DNA of 64,000 nucleotides from a virus: the IMG/VR virus record IMGVR_UViG_3300045988_114753; one strand, 5' to 3'. The notes beneath the pieces are model-generated. The model was not told the origin of the DNA, did no database searches, and worked only from the letters and a program-made list of their open reading frames with translations. A program made the translations under genes and the position numbers. Each line of letters opens with the position of its first letter. The stretch's first letter is position 1. This document shows positions 1-8,962 of this stretch, piece after piece.

Positions 1-701
1 TTCAATAAATCGTCCACTATTTCTTTTGGAGAAGTTTTTAAAATTATTTCAAAAGACTTATTTACTGCATATCTTCTTCTTAATTCTTCTAGGTCAAGAC
101 TTCCCTCGTAGTTTACACCAAATAATGTATTGATAAACTCTTTACTATCTACTCTTTGAAGAGAGTGTGTTATATTCCAATCAATACTATCTCTAGTAGT
201 AGTTTCTTCTTTTTCTACTTCAAACACGGCTTGTTTGTTTTCAAAAAAACTAATTACATTTTCTTCTAACAACTTCAAATTAATTCTAGTATTATCTCTA
301 TTAATATTATATTTATATTTTTTTATAACAATACTTGCTAATTGAAAACTATAACCAACCACAACACAAAGTGTATCACTCTTGTTATAGATTGTATACA
401 CCACTTCGTCGCCTTGTAATTCGTCAAGTGCTAAACCAGTTGCCAAATCAAAATATGTCCCATTTGTTCTGCCGTCATACTTAACAACTACTTTACTTGA
501 AAGTGGTACAAAATTATTTGTATAAACATTTTCCACTTCCTTATGTAATTCGTCGGTCTTCAATTCTAAATCTTTTTGTAGTTTATTTATTTGTCTTTTG
601 ATTTCTTTTATTTTATCGTCGTTATTTGTAGAACTATTACCAATTAAACTTGTTAGGTCGTGTTCCTCTGCTTTAAAATATTCCTTTATATAATTTACCA
701 T
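1..701 (-). CDS. hypothetical protein, partial (runs off window start)
   Basis: Minus-strand frame is open from ATG (rc of 699-701) to the window edge, with AGGAGG (rc of 708-713) 6 nt upstream. Not in the ORF track because there is no stop in the window. Begins MVNYIKEYFKAEEHD and has a coiled-coil-like KIKEIKRQINKLQKDLELK. Confidence 0.6.
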   Translation of the reverse strand, partial: MVNYIKEYFKAEEHDLTSLIGNSSTNNDDKIKEIKRQINKLQKDLELKTDELHKEVENVYTNNFVPLSSKVVVKYDGRTNGTYFDLATGLALDELQGDEVVYTIYNKSDTLCVVVGYSFQLASIVIKKYKYNINRDNTRINLKLLEENVISFFENKQAVFEVEKEETTTRDSIDWNITHSLQRVDSKEFINTLFGVNYEGSLDLEELRRRYAVNKSFEIILKTSPKEIVDDLL

Positions 702-712
702 AATACTCCTCC

Positions 713-1261
713 TTATAATAATTCTTTATTTTCCTTAATATCTATTATTTTAAAATTACGACAACCACAATTTCTATGAACTCTAGTGTTATGTTTATAA
801 GATAAGAATACCTCTCTTGTCATTCTATATCTATACCATTCACACCCACATTTTTCACAAACTATTTTATACTTATAAGAACTTTCTCGGTGGTCGCTTG
901 TAGGTCTAACCTCATTTGCTCTTGCATAAATGTTATCAATGCTCGTTGTTCTTGTGATGTGATAATCAGTTCTATTATTTACATATCCTGCATAATATTG
1001 CCACTTTGCCTTATGCCCTATCGTGTCTTTAAAAGTATGCAATATTTCGTGAATGATTGTATTTTTAATATCGTGGTCTAAACCTATTTCTAATAACCAA
1101 CTAGATATATTAATATCTCTTTTATCAACACATTGTCCTAGTCTATTCTTTGCTTTATAGTTAATTGTAAAATGAAGATTTTTTGGTATCATTTTACCTA
1201 GTCCAATATCTTCTAATTCTTTTATACTTTCTTTACTTAATCTTATCAACTTTTCGTTCAT
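713..1261 (-). CDS. SprT-like zinc metallopeptidase domain protein
   Basis: 182 aa. HEILH (HExxH) motif followed by a Cys-rich C-terminus (CEKCGCEW...HRNCGC), the arrangement typical of SprT-like proteins. AGGAGG SD upstream. Confidence 0.55.
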   Translation of the reverse strand: MNEKLIRLSKESIKELEDIGLGKMIPKNLHFTINYKAKNRLGQCVDKRDINISSWLLEIGLDHDIKNTIIHEILHTFKDTIGHKAKWQYYAGYVNNRTDYHITRTTSIDNIYARANEVRPTSDHRESSYKYKIVCEKCGCEWYRYRMTREVFLSYKHNTRVHRNCGCRNFKIIDIKENKELL

Positions 1262-1284
1262 AATTGTTCTTCCTCCTCTTTACA

Positions 1285-1326
1285 CTTATATTATAACATA
1301 TAATTTAAAAAGTAGGGAAGTAAATT
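1285..1326 (-). promoter_or_regulatory. conserved early promoter copy P1 (TTTACTTCCCTACT-N15-TGnTATAAT)
   Basis: rc of 1290-1295 is TATAAT, preceded by TGT (extended -10). The conserved box AGTAGGGAAGTAAA (plus strand) starts exactly 15 nt beyond it at 1311. The same architecture recurs 7 times. Confidence 0.75.
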
Positions 1327-1574
1327 TAACTAATTAAGATAAATTTTTCATTTTCTTTAACACTACTACCAATGTTTTCATTAATTAAATCTACTATCAT
1401 AGTGTTTTCTTCTTCGCCGTCGTTTTCAACAAGTTCACAATACCAAGCATTATGTACTCCATTTAATTCGTCGTCGTTTCCTAAAAATACTCTTATTTTA
1501 GATAAATCTAACCCTTGTTCTTCTAATTTTAGTGCCACTTCTAATATGCTTTGCATAGTTAATTGTGTATTCAT
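1326..1574 (-). CDS. hypothetical protein (82 aa, acidic)
   Basis: ORF with AGGAGG SD (rc of 1580-1587). Sits in a tightly packed co-directional block. Confidence 0.65.
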   Translation of the reverse strand: MNTQLTMQSILEVALKLEEQGLDLSKIRVFLGNDDELNGVHNAWYCELVENDGEEENTMIVDLINENIGSSVKENEKFILIS

Positions 1575-1744
1575 TATTTTTCCTCCTTTACATTTAATAC
1601 AAACACTTGTTCGCTATCGTTCAAATCAATATATAATTCGTTTTTATCGGTCAAATAAATACTTGCTCCGTTTTCGTATGCTAATTCCTCAATATGTTCT
1701 GCTATAATCTCGTATAAATTATTCATTAATTGTTCTTTTGTCAT
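1574..1744 (-). CDS. hypothetical protein (56 aa), below ORF-track cutoff
   Basis: My translation: MTKEQLMNNLYEIIAEHIEELAYENGASIYLTDKNELYIDLNDSEQVFVLNVKEEK. GAGGTG SD 7 nt upstream. TAATG overlaps with both neighbouring genes fill an otherwise empty gap. Confidence 0.55.
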   Translation of the reverse strand: MTKEQLMNNLYEIIAEHIEELAYENGASIYLTDKNELYIDLNDSEQVFVLNVKEEK

Positions 1745-1983
1745 TATATTACACCTCTATTCTTTAAACCCTCGTATGCACTATATTCGTGCTTTGAAAT
1801 AGGTTTTACAACCATATATAAAGTAGTACATTGCTCTAATATAATATAATCAATTATTCTATATGCCTTACCATTTAATTCTAATGTTGCTCCTATCGGT
1901 GCTAATGAAATAGATTGCATACTTCCTACTTTTGTATAATTTACATTTTCATATATTAATATCTGCATATTACCATTATACAT
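1744..1983 (-). CDS. hypothetical protein (79 aa)
   Basis: ORF with AAGGAG SD; co-directional operon. Confidence 0.65.
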   Translation of the reverse strand: MYNGNMQILIYENVNYTKVGSMQSISLAPIGATLELNGKAYRIIDYIILEQCTTLYMVVKPISKHEYSAYEGLKNRGVI

Positions 1984-1985
1984 AA

Positions 1986-2303
1986 TTATTCTCCTTTACA
2001 TAGTGGTATATGATTTACCACCTTAAAATTGTGTGCTTGAAATTTTTTATTTATATTAAAATCAATATCTTTCATAAGTTGCATTAATTCTTCCATACTT
2101 TCCAAAACATTATTTTCCTTTTTAAAATCATATACACAACTATATAAATTACTATAATCGTGTTCCCTTTCTCCACTCATATATTCTGCATAACTCATTT
2201 TTATTGCTTTATCTCTACAATTTGATAGTTTATAATATAAATCATTATATTCTTCACTACAATATTTTTCTACTAATTCTAATCTTTTTAATAAATCTTC
2301 CAT
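1986..2303 (-). CDS. hypothetical protein (105 aa)
   Basis: ORF with GGGAGAG SD-like sequence; 2-nt gaps to neighbours. Confidence 0.65.
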   Translation of the reverse strand: MEDLLKRLELVEKYCSEEYNDLYYKLSNCRDKAIKMSYAEYMSGEREHDYSNLYSCVYDFKKENNVLESMEELMQLMKDIDFNINKKFQAHNFKVVNHIPLCKGE

Positions 2304-2306
2304 AAT

Positions 2307-2639
2307 TTACTCTCCCTCATTATCACTAAACATATCTAAAAAGTCTAGTGCTTGATAATTTCCAAAATCAGTTAATTCTCTCAATTTGTCATAATAATCA
2401 AAATTGTCCTCTTTTTGTGATAATTCGTCTAGTGCTTTAATTAAACCATTTTCAAGTTTTTTAACATAATCTATATTCAACTCGTGTACTAATTCCATTT
2501 CACTCTCGTTGCCAATTTGATTAATTATATCTAGTGGTGCAATTATCTTATCAAAACATTTTTGCATTGTTTTTTCTTTAACTTTGAATAGATTTCCACC
2601 TCTATCAATAACTATTACATAAGGCTCTTCGTTAAACAT
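2307..2639 (-). CDS. hypothetical protein (110 aa, acidic)
   Basis: ORF with AGGAGG SD; tightly packed. Confidence 0.65.
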   Translation of the reverse strand: MFNEEPYVIVIDRGGNLFKVKEKTMQKCFDKIIAPLDIINQIGNESEMELVHELNIDYVKKLENGLIKALDELSQKEDNFDYYDKLRELTDFGNYQALDFLDMFSDNEGE

Positions 2640-2640
2640 A

Positions 2641-2904
2641 TTATTTACCTCCTTTGGCTAATTTTTCTAACTTTTCAGTATCAAACATTATGTTTTTGAA
2701 TAAAACATTTTCTTTTGTTTTTTTAGTATCTACAATATCAAGATAATCGCTCTTTGATATATCAGTATTACTTTCAAGGTCAAGTATATGTTTATCTCCA
2801 TTATCTTTTTCAATAATCATAACTCCCTCTTTATTTCCATAACCTTGTTCGTGGTGTTTATTTACTATTACCACATTTGTTTTTATTTTAACTTCTTTAA
2901 TCAT
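2641..2904 (-). CDS. hypothetical protein (87 aa from ATG 2904; track gives GTG 2937)
   Basis: The in-frame ATG at 2904 is preceded by AAGGAGG. The GTG at 2937 in the track has no SD. Confidence 0.55.
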   Translation of the reverse strand: MIKEVKIKTNVVIVNKHHEQGYGNKEGVMIIEKDNGDKHILDLESNTDISKSDYLDIVDTKKTKENVLFKNIMFDTEKLEKLAKGGK

Positions 2905-2998
2905 TTTTGTTTTGCTCCTCCTTTTAATATTTTCCACCTTATAGGCTTTAGGAATAGTATTGTAAAAGATTAGGAAAGACTACAACAATACTACTCAT

Positions 2999-3019
2999 AA
3001 AACCTACAAAATAGGTTTT
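2999..3019 (-). terminator. possible hairpin/attenuator between 3028..3267 and 2641..2904
   Basis: AAAACCTA-5 nt-TAGGTTTT, an 8-bp stem. The T-run is mostly inside the stem, so this is a weak intrinsic terminator at best. Confidence 0.3.
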
Positions 3020-3027
3020 TTGCCGTG

Positions 3028-3267
3028 TTATAACCAACGGCTTTCGCTTTCCTTTAGTCCTACAACATAACCATAATCGTTGTCTTTAACCACAAAGGAA
3101 TTTTCTTTTATTCTAACCAAGAACTCCGTGTTTTCTTTGTTAATTTTATTATGTCTTTTAACTAACTTTGTTAGTCTTTTGCAAGTTCTTTTATATTCTC
3201 TTCTGCTTTTTATTTCCTTGCTATCTAATAATTTTAGTGTGTTTACACTTCTTATTTCCATTATCAT
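3028..3267 (-). CDS. hypothetical protein (79 aa, basic)
   Basis: First ORF downstream of promoter copy P2. GGAGG SD 8 nt upstream. Confidence 0.65.
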   Translation of the reverse strand: MIMEIRSVNTLKLLDSKEIKSRREYKRTCKRLTKLVKRHNKINKENTEFLVRIKENSFVVKDNDYGYVVGLKESESRWL

Positions 3268-3284
3268 AATATTTCCTCCATTAC

Positions 3285-3327
3285 ATATTAATTATACCAT
3301 ACAATTTCGTAAGTAGGGAAGTAATTA
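3285..3327 (-). promoter_or_regulatory. conserved early promoter copy P2
   Basis: rc of 3291-3296 is TATAAT with TGG upstream. The AGTAGGGAAGTAA box starts at 3312, 15 nt beyond. Confidence 0.75.
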
Positions 3328-4416
3328 GAAAGTTCTAGTAAGCAAATTAGTATCTGCTTTTTCAACCCCAATTAAACCTATTTCGCTACATACTTCGTCG
3401 CTTTTGTTATATACATAAGCATAACACTCTTTGTTTTGTAGGTCTTTTCTATCGGCTTTCCATTCTTCGGTGTTATTGCTAACATAAAGCATACTATATA
3501 GATTTCCAAAATTACTTTTTGTATATATAATATGATATACATAAGCATTATAATTTTTTTCAAAATTGTTTATGTCTCTTATTAAGTCCATTTCTCCGTC
3601 TTTTACTTCTCTTATGTAGTATCTATCACTCATATACAATTTATCACTAAATCGTGGCTCTAAACCTAATAATTCTATTCTCTTTTTACTTTCTGCTATT
3701 TGTTCTTTAGTAGGCTTGTATTCTCTTCTAGGGACGGCTTTTATTTCTACATCTTTACCTATTGTTTCTTTCATACAATATGCTTGTTTGTAATTATCGT
3801 ATATTTTCATATTTCCCTCAAACACATTATAATAAAAACTACCTTGTGTGCCTTTTGGTGTAATATTTCCATAAGTTTTGCTATATAAATAATACTTGCC
3901 GTCGTGTTTTTCTTCTAAAAATTGCATAAACAACTCATAATATTTTTCTAGTACCTCGTGTGTCCTTGCTAATTCTTTGTTATATTCTTCTGCTCTATAA
4001 TATACTTTACTCTTTCCGTCTTTGCTTTCCCACTCTAAAACATACTCATAATTGCCACTCTCTATTTCAGTTTGTGTTATAGGTGTATATGTACTACTTA
4101 TTTGTTCTCCTAAACAATATTCAGTATAGTGCATAGTAGATAATTCATATAAATCGTATTCACTATATCTCGCTCTTATTTCTTCATTTGTCTTATATAA
4201 AGCATAATTCCAATCATAACAACTATCATTTAAAACTAAACCTCCACCATTAATTCCTCGTAAAAGTCTTAATTCTTTTTCGTGATAATCTTGTTCGTCT
4301 GCTCTAAACTCCCACCTACTATATGTTTTTGGCGTACAATTACTACACGCACTTGTTATAAATATTTTACCCTCTTTAGGCTTTAATGTTATATTTTTTA
4401 CTCTTTCAACACTCAT
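3325..4416 (-). CDS. hypothetical protein (363 aa)
   Basis: Largest ORF of the left arm. AAGGAG SD. No motif I can name. Confidence 0.7.
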   Translation of the reverse strand: MSVERVKNITLKPKEGKIFITSACSNCTPKTYSRWEFRADEQDYHEKELRLLRGINGGGLVLNDSCYDWNYALYKTNEEIRARYSEYDLYELSTMHYTEYCLGEQISSTYTPITQTEIESGNYEYVLEWESKDGKSKVYYRAEEYNKELARTHEVLEKYYELFMQFLEEKHDGKYYLYSKTYGNITPKGTQGSFYYNVFEGNMKIYDNYKQAYCMKETIGKDVEIKAVPRREYKPTKEQIAESKKRIELLGLEPRFSDKLYMSDRYYIREVKDGEMDLIRDINNFEKNYNAYVYHIIYTKSNFGNLYSMLYVSNNTEEWKADRKDLQNKECYAYVYNKSDEVCSEIGLIGVEKADTNLLTRTF

Positions 4417-4418
4417 AA

Positions 4419-4757
4419 CTATATCTCCTTTCTTTTTCTATTTTCTATTGCTTTATTATGTGCTAAAATTTCTTTTTTACTTCTATCGTTCATTTTATTA
4501 ATTTTTCTTCTTTTATTTTTATATTCAACTTGTTTATCAATATTTTGTTTGTGTGTTATAATAAGTTGTTCTATTATATTATTAAATTGCATATAGTCGT
4601 CATAAGTAATTGTCGTTATATCGCCATTAAACCATTTAACTTTTACCACCTTGTCTTTATTTTTTCCAAAAATTTCTTTGCTATATTTCATTATTAAGTT
4701 TTCCATTTTTATTAGTGTATTTATTTTTTCTTTACTAAAATATAATTGTCTTGCCAT
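4419..4757 (-). CDS. hypothetical protein with basic C-terminal KKEIL-H motif (paralogue of 5448..5690)
   Basis: ATG at 4757 is preceded by GAGGTGG; the track start at 4772 lacks an SD. C-terminus NKMNDRSKKEILAHNKAIENRKRKE resembles YNKMYARSKKEILQHERAKRNN of 5448..5690. Confidence 0.6.
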   Translation of the reverse strand: MARQLYFSKEKINTLIKMENLIMKYSKEIFGKNKDKVVKVKWFNGDITTITYDDYMQFNNIIEQLIITHKQNIDKQVEYKNKRRKINKMNDRSKKEILAHNKAIENRKRKEI

Positions 4758-4758
4758 A

Positions 4759-5100
4759 TTATTCCACCTCAACTAAACTATTATATGTTACACCCTCACA
4801 ATCAGTATAAACATTTTTCTCAACTTTGCATTTTGTATCAAAATAATTTTTTTGGTCGTTATAGACTTCCATAACTCTATCATAACCTAATATATCAATA
4901 TATTCTTCTGCATAAGGCTTGTTATAATATTCACTACAAGCATTGATACAAACACTTGTGAAAATGTCTTCCCCATATACCAAGCAACTCATAATCATAC
5001 TTCTTAAACTTAATTCTTCTAATTCCAATTCTTGCTCTTTAGTTAATGTTTCTAGTCTTCTTAATGATTGCTCTTGTTTTCTTATTTCTTCTCTATTCAT
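4759..5100 (-). CDS. hypothetical protein (113 aa)
   Basis: First ORF after promoter copy P3. AGGAGG SD. Confidence 0.65.
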   Translation of the reverse strand: MNREEIRKQEQSLRRLETLTKEQELELEELSLRSMIMSCLVYGEDIFTSVCINACSEYYNKPYAEEYIDILGYDRVMEVYNDQKNYFDTKCKVEKNVYTDCEGVTYNSLVEVE

Positions 5101-5124
5101 ATATAGTCCTCCTTTGTCTTTACA

Positions 5125-5165
5125 CTTATATTATAACATAAGATTTTCCAAGTAGGGAAGTATTA
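5125..5165 (-). promoter_or_regulatory. conserved early promoter copy P3
   Basis: rc of 5130-5135 is TATAAT. The AGTAGGGAAGTA box starts at 5151, 15 nt beyond. Confidence 0.75.
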
Positions 5166-5438
5166 TGCAAAATTATCAACAAAATATTTTATATCAATTA
5201 CTTTATCTTTATCGTCAGTAATATATTCATAATAATATTTTATAATTAGTGGTGGCTTTCCAACCTCTGCTAATTCTATGCTACAAATAAACATATCTAA
5301 ATCTTCGTCGTATACTTCATTAGCATTGCTTATTTCGTCCTTATAATCGCAAGTATCTTTACTATACCACCTATTAAAATATTCAGTGGCTTTTTTGCCT
5401 ATATATTCTCCTAATTTATCATAATCTATATTATACAT
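5163..5438 (-). CDS. hypothetical protein (91 aa)
   Basis: ORF with AGGAGG SD. Confidence 0.65.
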   Translation of the reverse strand: MYNIDYDKLGEYIGKKATEYFNRWYSKDTCDYKDEISNANEVYDEDLDMFICSIELAEVGKPPLIIKYYYEYITDDKDKVIDIKYFVDNFA

Positions 5439-5447
5439 AATTACCTC

Positions 5448-5690
5448 CTAATTATTTCTTTTGGCTCTTTCGTGTTGTAATATTTCCTTTTTACTTCTAG
5501 CATACATTTTATTATATTGTCTTTTGATTGCCACTCTATTTTTGGCTCTTTCATTTCTTGTTGCCTTTGCTTGTAAAAGTTTGCTATTCAAATTATGAAG
5601 TCTTAAATATATGTTAATGTCTTTTTCATTATTCAATAAATAGTTTTCTATTTCTAGTAATAACTCTAACTCCTCATTTGATATATTCAT
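5448..5690 (-). CDS. hypothetical protein with basic C-terminal KKEIL-H motif
   Basis: ORF with AGGAGG SD. C-terminal motif is shared with 4419..4757. Confidence 0.65.
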   Translation of the reverse strand: MNISNEELELLLEIENYLLNNEKDINIYLRLHNLNSKLLQAKATRNERAKNRVAIKRQYNKMYARSKKEILQHERAKRNN

Positions 5691-5699
5691 AATTACCTC

Positions 5700-5912
5700 C
5701 TAATTGATTTTATCGTCTTTAGTCCACCAATCAATACTATAACCCATTCCGTGGTCGTAGTTAATGGCTACTATATCGTCGTCATTTAATTCCTTTAATT
5801 CTTCTAATAAGTCCTCATATTCTTCTATATCTGCTCCAGTTGTATTGAAATATTCTATAATTTTCTTAACTTCCCCTAAACACATTTCGCCGTTATCATA
5901 TATTTCTTGCAT
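5700..5912 (-). CDS. hypothetical protein (70 aa, acidic)
   Basis: ORF with AGGAGG SD. Confidence 0.6.
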   Translation of the reverse strand: MQEIYDNGEMCLGEVKKIIEYFNTTGADIEEYEDLLEELKELNDDDIVAINYDHGMGYSIDWWTKDDKIN

Positions 5913-5914
5913 TG

Positions 5915-6199
5915 TTATTTTTCCTCCTTAATAACCTTATTTTGCATATATTCGCCACCATTTCCACTCACTATGTTAATAAGTCCTATATCTCTTAAAA
6001 GATTTTCCTTATTTTTAGTGTAAATATCAAATATACTTCCCTCAATTTCTCCTCGTTCACAACAATCATTTACATAATTTAAAGTTAAAACATTGTTATA
6101 TCTTTCTTTTAATTCACTAGGAATAAATGGCTTTAAATATTCTAAACCTAGTAAATCGCCTTGACTTATTAATTCATTAAACTTTGCTATATCAAACAT
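5915..6199 (-). CDS. hypothetical protein (94 aa from ATG 6199)
   Basis: ATG at 6199 is preceded by TAGGAGGT at good spacing. The track start at 6220 overlaps the upstream gene and has no SD. Confidence 0.6.
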   Translation of the reverse strand: MFDIAKFNELISQGDLLGLEYLKPFIPSELKERYNNVLTLNYVNDCCERGEIEGSIFDIYTKNKENLLRDIGLINIVSGNGGEYMQNKVIKEEK

Positions 6200-6210
6200 A
6201 TTATTACCTC

Positions 6211-6744
6211 CTAATTCCATTTTACAAAAGCAAACACTTGTTCTCCTCTATATATTGCATATTTTCCGTGTAGTGTTATTGCTATATTATTGCCACAATC
6301 ATAGTCATAAATGTTAAAGTCGCCCTCAATAGTTGTTAAGAAGTCCAAACAACTTAAATGCTCGTTATTTTCTAATATATAAACATAATTAGTGCCGTCC
6401 CCGTAAAGATTACCTATATTATACTTAAAATCGCTCGTTCCTACGGCTAAACTTCCTATGTCGCTTTCAGTTGTAAAGTATTTATCGGCTTTACTTCCTA
6501 AATATTCTAAAACTAATCTATCATAAAGTTGTATATCTTCTTTTGCTAATTCCCAATAACCTTGATTATCTTTTAGTCGCTTGTCGTTAAGAACTAAATC
6601 TTTAAACTCATTTATAGTTTTTGCCTTGTTCCAATAATCTTTTATGATTGCTATACTCCCCTTATAATCGTATATGCTCTCATTATTTAAACATCTTTTT
6701 GTAAAGTCTTTTATTTTCTTTGTTTCTAAAAATTGTTTTTCCAT
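6211..6744 (-). CDS. hypothetical protein (177 aa)
   Basis: ORF with GGTGG SD. Confidence 0.65.
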   Translation of the reverse strand: MEKQFLETKKIKDFTKRCLNNESIYDYKGSIAIIKDYWNKAKTINEFKDLVLNDKRLKDNQGYWELAKEDIQLYDRLVLEYLGSKADKYFTTESDIGSLAVGTSDFKYNIGNLYGDGTNYVYILENNEHLSCLDFLTTIEGDFNIYDYDCGNNIAITLHGKYAIYRGEQVFAFVKWN

Positions 6745-6756
6745 AATTACACCACC

Positions 6757-7125
6757 TTAATATATAAATTTTATTGTATAATCTTCATTTAAGAAGTCAA
6801 AATATTCTTTTTCTAGTGTTATATCTCCAATTTCAAAATTACACTCTAAACAAGCAACTTCCCTATAATCTAGTTCGGTTTTTCCTTTTTTCCATATAAC
6901 TATGTTATCATAATAGTTACTAGTGCCACTTGCTATGTCTATTGTTAATACATAGTCTTTGTTAATATCTATTGAAAATAAACCAATATTATCGTCTTGT
7001 CGTGCATTTAATTCTTTAATTAGTTTTTGCATTTCTAAACTATCGTCGTCAAAATTAATATCTTGTAATAATCTATTAATATAATCAATATATTTTTTAT
7101 CTGCTTTTATTTCTATCGTTTTCAT
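6757..7125 (-). CDS. hypothetical protein (122 aa)
   Basis: ORF with GAGGTG SD. Confidence 0.65.
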   Translation of the reverse strand: MKTIEIKADKKYIDYINRLLQDINFDDDSLEMQKLIKELNARQDDNIGLFSIDINKDYVLTIDIASGTSNYYDNIVIWKKGKTELDYREVACLECNFEIGDITLEKEYFDFLNEDYTIKFIY

Positions 7126-7127
7126 AT

Positions 7128-7430
7128 TTACACCTCGTTATCTATCTTATACTCTTTTAATTCTTTTGTTATAATATTGTCTAAATATTTATTTAAAAAG
7201 TTTATATTAAGTGTTTTTGATATACTTCCAAAACCATACCAATTACTATATAAGAATATTAAATATTGTTTATCATATTTTTCTATTACCATATCTTTTA
7301 TAACTTGTTTATCTTTTTCCTTAAGGATTTCTATTATGGCTCTAATATAACCATTTAAAGATAGTTTTAATTCAATAGACTTGTTATAGTCAATTTTTTC
7401 TACTTGATAAAATGCTTTTAAAATATTCAT
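7128..7430 (-). CDS. hypothetical protein (100 aa)
   Basis: ORF with GAGGTG SD. Confidence 0.65.
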   Translation of the reverse strand: MNILKAFYQVEKIDYNKSIELKLSLNGYIRAIIEILKEKDKQVIKDMVIEKYDKQYLIFLYSNWYGFGSISKTLNINFLNKYLDNIITKELKEYKIDNEV

Positions 7431-7442
7431 ATTTACACCTCA

Positions 7443-7814
7443 TTAGTCAAAGTTTCTAGTGCTTATTCTTTCCTTAATTTCCATTAAGTCTTTTATATAT
7501 TCTTTTTGCTCCCACTCTTTAATAACTTCTGCTTTTTTATTGGCTAGTAGTCTTGATATGCCGTTATCTTCCTTGTATTCTGTTATGTAAGATTTTTGAT
7601 TGCTTTCTAAAATATTTGCTAGTAGTTGTCGCATACAAGTTTGATAAGTGTAGCACTCCCAAGTTCTATTATAATACCTAACTTTATGGCTTTCTACTTC
7701 GCCCCAAGGTGCAATTAATGTGCTTTTATGTCCCCAAGAGTTGCTAGTTTCCCAATATTCATTTACTATATTATATTCATTTCCACTTTTACATTTAATT
7801 TTTTTTATTTCCAT
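7443..7814 (-). CDS. hypothetical protein (123 aa)
   Basis: First ORF after promoter copy P4. AGGAGG SD. Confidence 0.65.
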   Translation of the reverse strand: MEIKKIKCKSGNEYNIVNEYWETSNSWGHKSTLIAPWGEVESHKVRYYNRTWECYTYQTCMRQLLANILESNQKSYITEYKEDNGISRLLANKKAEVIKEWEQKEYIKDLMEIKERISTRNFD

Positions 7815-7834
7815 AATTTTTTCCTCCTCTTTAC

Positions 7835-7878
7835 ACCTATATTATATCATAAGTTTTCCAAATACGGGAAGTAAATTA
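7835..7878 (-). promoter_or_regulatory. conserved early promoter copy P4
   Basis: rc of 7841-7846 is TATAAT. The variant box ATACGGGAAGTAAA starts at 7862, 15 nt beyond. Confidence 0.7.
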
Positions 7879-8127
7879 ATTTTTCCCTTGTTTTAGTTTG
7901 TCGTTTATTTCCATTTCTGCTCTTTTGTATAGTTCGTCTAGGTCGTTATAGTCTATGCTATTATGATATAAGTCAATATCTTTTTGTCCTAACATACTAA
8001 TATATAAGTGGTCGTCATATAGTCCGTAAGTGTCGCTACAATCAGCACAAGTCCACCCAATATCTGCATTATATTTTAGTAATAAGTCCTTAAATTCTTT
8101 TAAAAATTCTTTTTGTTTTACTGTCAT
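7876..8127 (-). CDS. hypothetical protein (83 aa)
   Basis: ORF with AGGAGGTG SD. Confidence 0.65.
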   Translation of the reverse strand: MTVKQKEFLKEFKDLLLKYNADIGWTCADCSDTYGLYDDHLYISMLGQKDIDLYHNSIDYNDLDELYKRAEMEINDKLKQGKN

Positions 8128-8138
8128 ATTGACACCTC

Positions 8139-8312
8139 CTAAAATAATTTTTCGCCGTCTATTTCCAAATCTAGGTCATATTGTAGGTTGCTTGTTATAG
8201 TTGCCTTAATATAATCTATAAAGTCCTCTAGGCTATTAATTCCTAATTCTTCCCTCGTATCTGCTCCTATCTCGTCATAAAGTTGTGTTATATATTCCTT
8301 ATTTAAAGTCAT
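8139..8312 (-). CDS. hypothetical protein (57 aa), below ORF-track cutoff
   Basis: My translation: MTLNKEYITQLYDEIGADTREELGINSLEDFIDYIKATITSNLQYDLDLEIDGEKLF. TAGGAGGG SD. Fills a gap in the operon. Confidence 0.5.
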   Translation of the reverse strand: MTLNKEYITQLYDEIGADTREELGINSLEDFIDYIKATITSNLQYDLDLEIDGEKLF

Positions 8313-8378
8313 AATTTTTCCCTCCTAACTTTCAATAAACATTACAAGGTCTACTCCGTCCTTGAAGTTTTGGCTTTC

Positions 8379-8504
8379 TTATTCCGTCATAACTTCGTCG
8401 TACTCGTCCTCGTCTAATTCCATTAAATCTCTATATAATCTACCATAAAGTCCTTGACTACTTGCTAAACTCTTGATTGTTTCCATAATTTCTTCTCTTT
8501 TCAT
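8379..8504 (-). CDS. hypothetical protein (41 aa), below ORF-track cutoff
   Basis: My translation: MKREEIMETIKSLASSQGLYGRLYRDLMELDEDEYDEVMTE. AGAGGT SD-like sequence upstream. Confidence 0.4.
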   Translation of the reverse strand: MKREEIMETIKSLASSQGLYGRLYRDLMELDEDEYDEVMTE

Positions 8505-8522
8505 AATTTTACCTCTTTTCCT

Positions 8523-8951
8523 TTATTTTAATTTTTCCTTTACTAATTCTAAATGATTTTCGTGTATGTTTCCTTGTTCTAGGTCTTCTAAAAGTGCCTT
8601 GTGTAGATTTCCCACATACTTTTTAAATGTTGTTATAATCTTGTCTTCGTCGCCTTGTGTCTTTCTAAAAGCAACTTTTTTGCTTTCATATACTAAATAT
8701 TTATTAGTAGGTTTTACAAGGTATCTGCTATTCTCATTTTCTATTATGTAGTTATTTTCTGCCGTTTTTGTTATTTTAAATAATATACTAAACATATCAT
8801 TGCAAAAATAACCATTGATTTCTTCTTGCTCGTTTTGTGCTAGAAATAATTGTACCCATAAAACATTATCTCCACTAAAACTATTTTTCATTATTGCTAT
8901 TTTACTATTTTTAAATACTTCTTTATATGCTAATTCTAATTTACTTTCCAT
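8523..8951 (-). CDS. hypothetical protein (142 aa)
   Basis: ORF with AGGAGG SD. Confidence 0.65.
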   Translation of the reverse strand: MESKLELAYKEVFKNSKIAIMKNSFSGDNVLWVQLFLAQNEQEEINGYFCNDMFSILFKITKTAENNYIIENENSRYLVKPTNKYLVYESKKVAFRKTQGDEDKIITTFKKYVGNLHKALLEDLEQGNIHENHLELVKEKLK

Positions 8952-8962
8952 ATTTTTTCCTC

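Noticed and set aside
890-8751. Plus-strand ORFs in the left arm (890..1081, 1372..1707, 2788..2973, 3080..3316, 3700..3888, 4943..5155, 8566..8751) and the internal minus-strand ORF 3378..3563
   Set aside because: They are antisense to, or nested in, SD-preceded minus-strand genes. They are Phe/Ser/Leu/Ile-rich translations typical of the reverse strand of AT-rich coding DNA.
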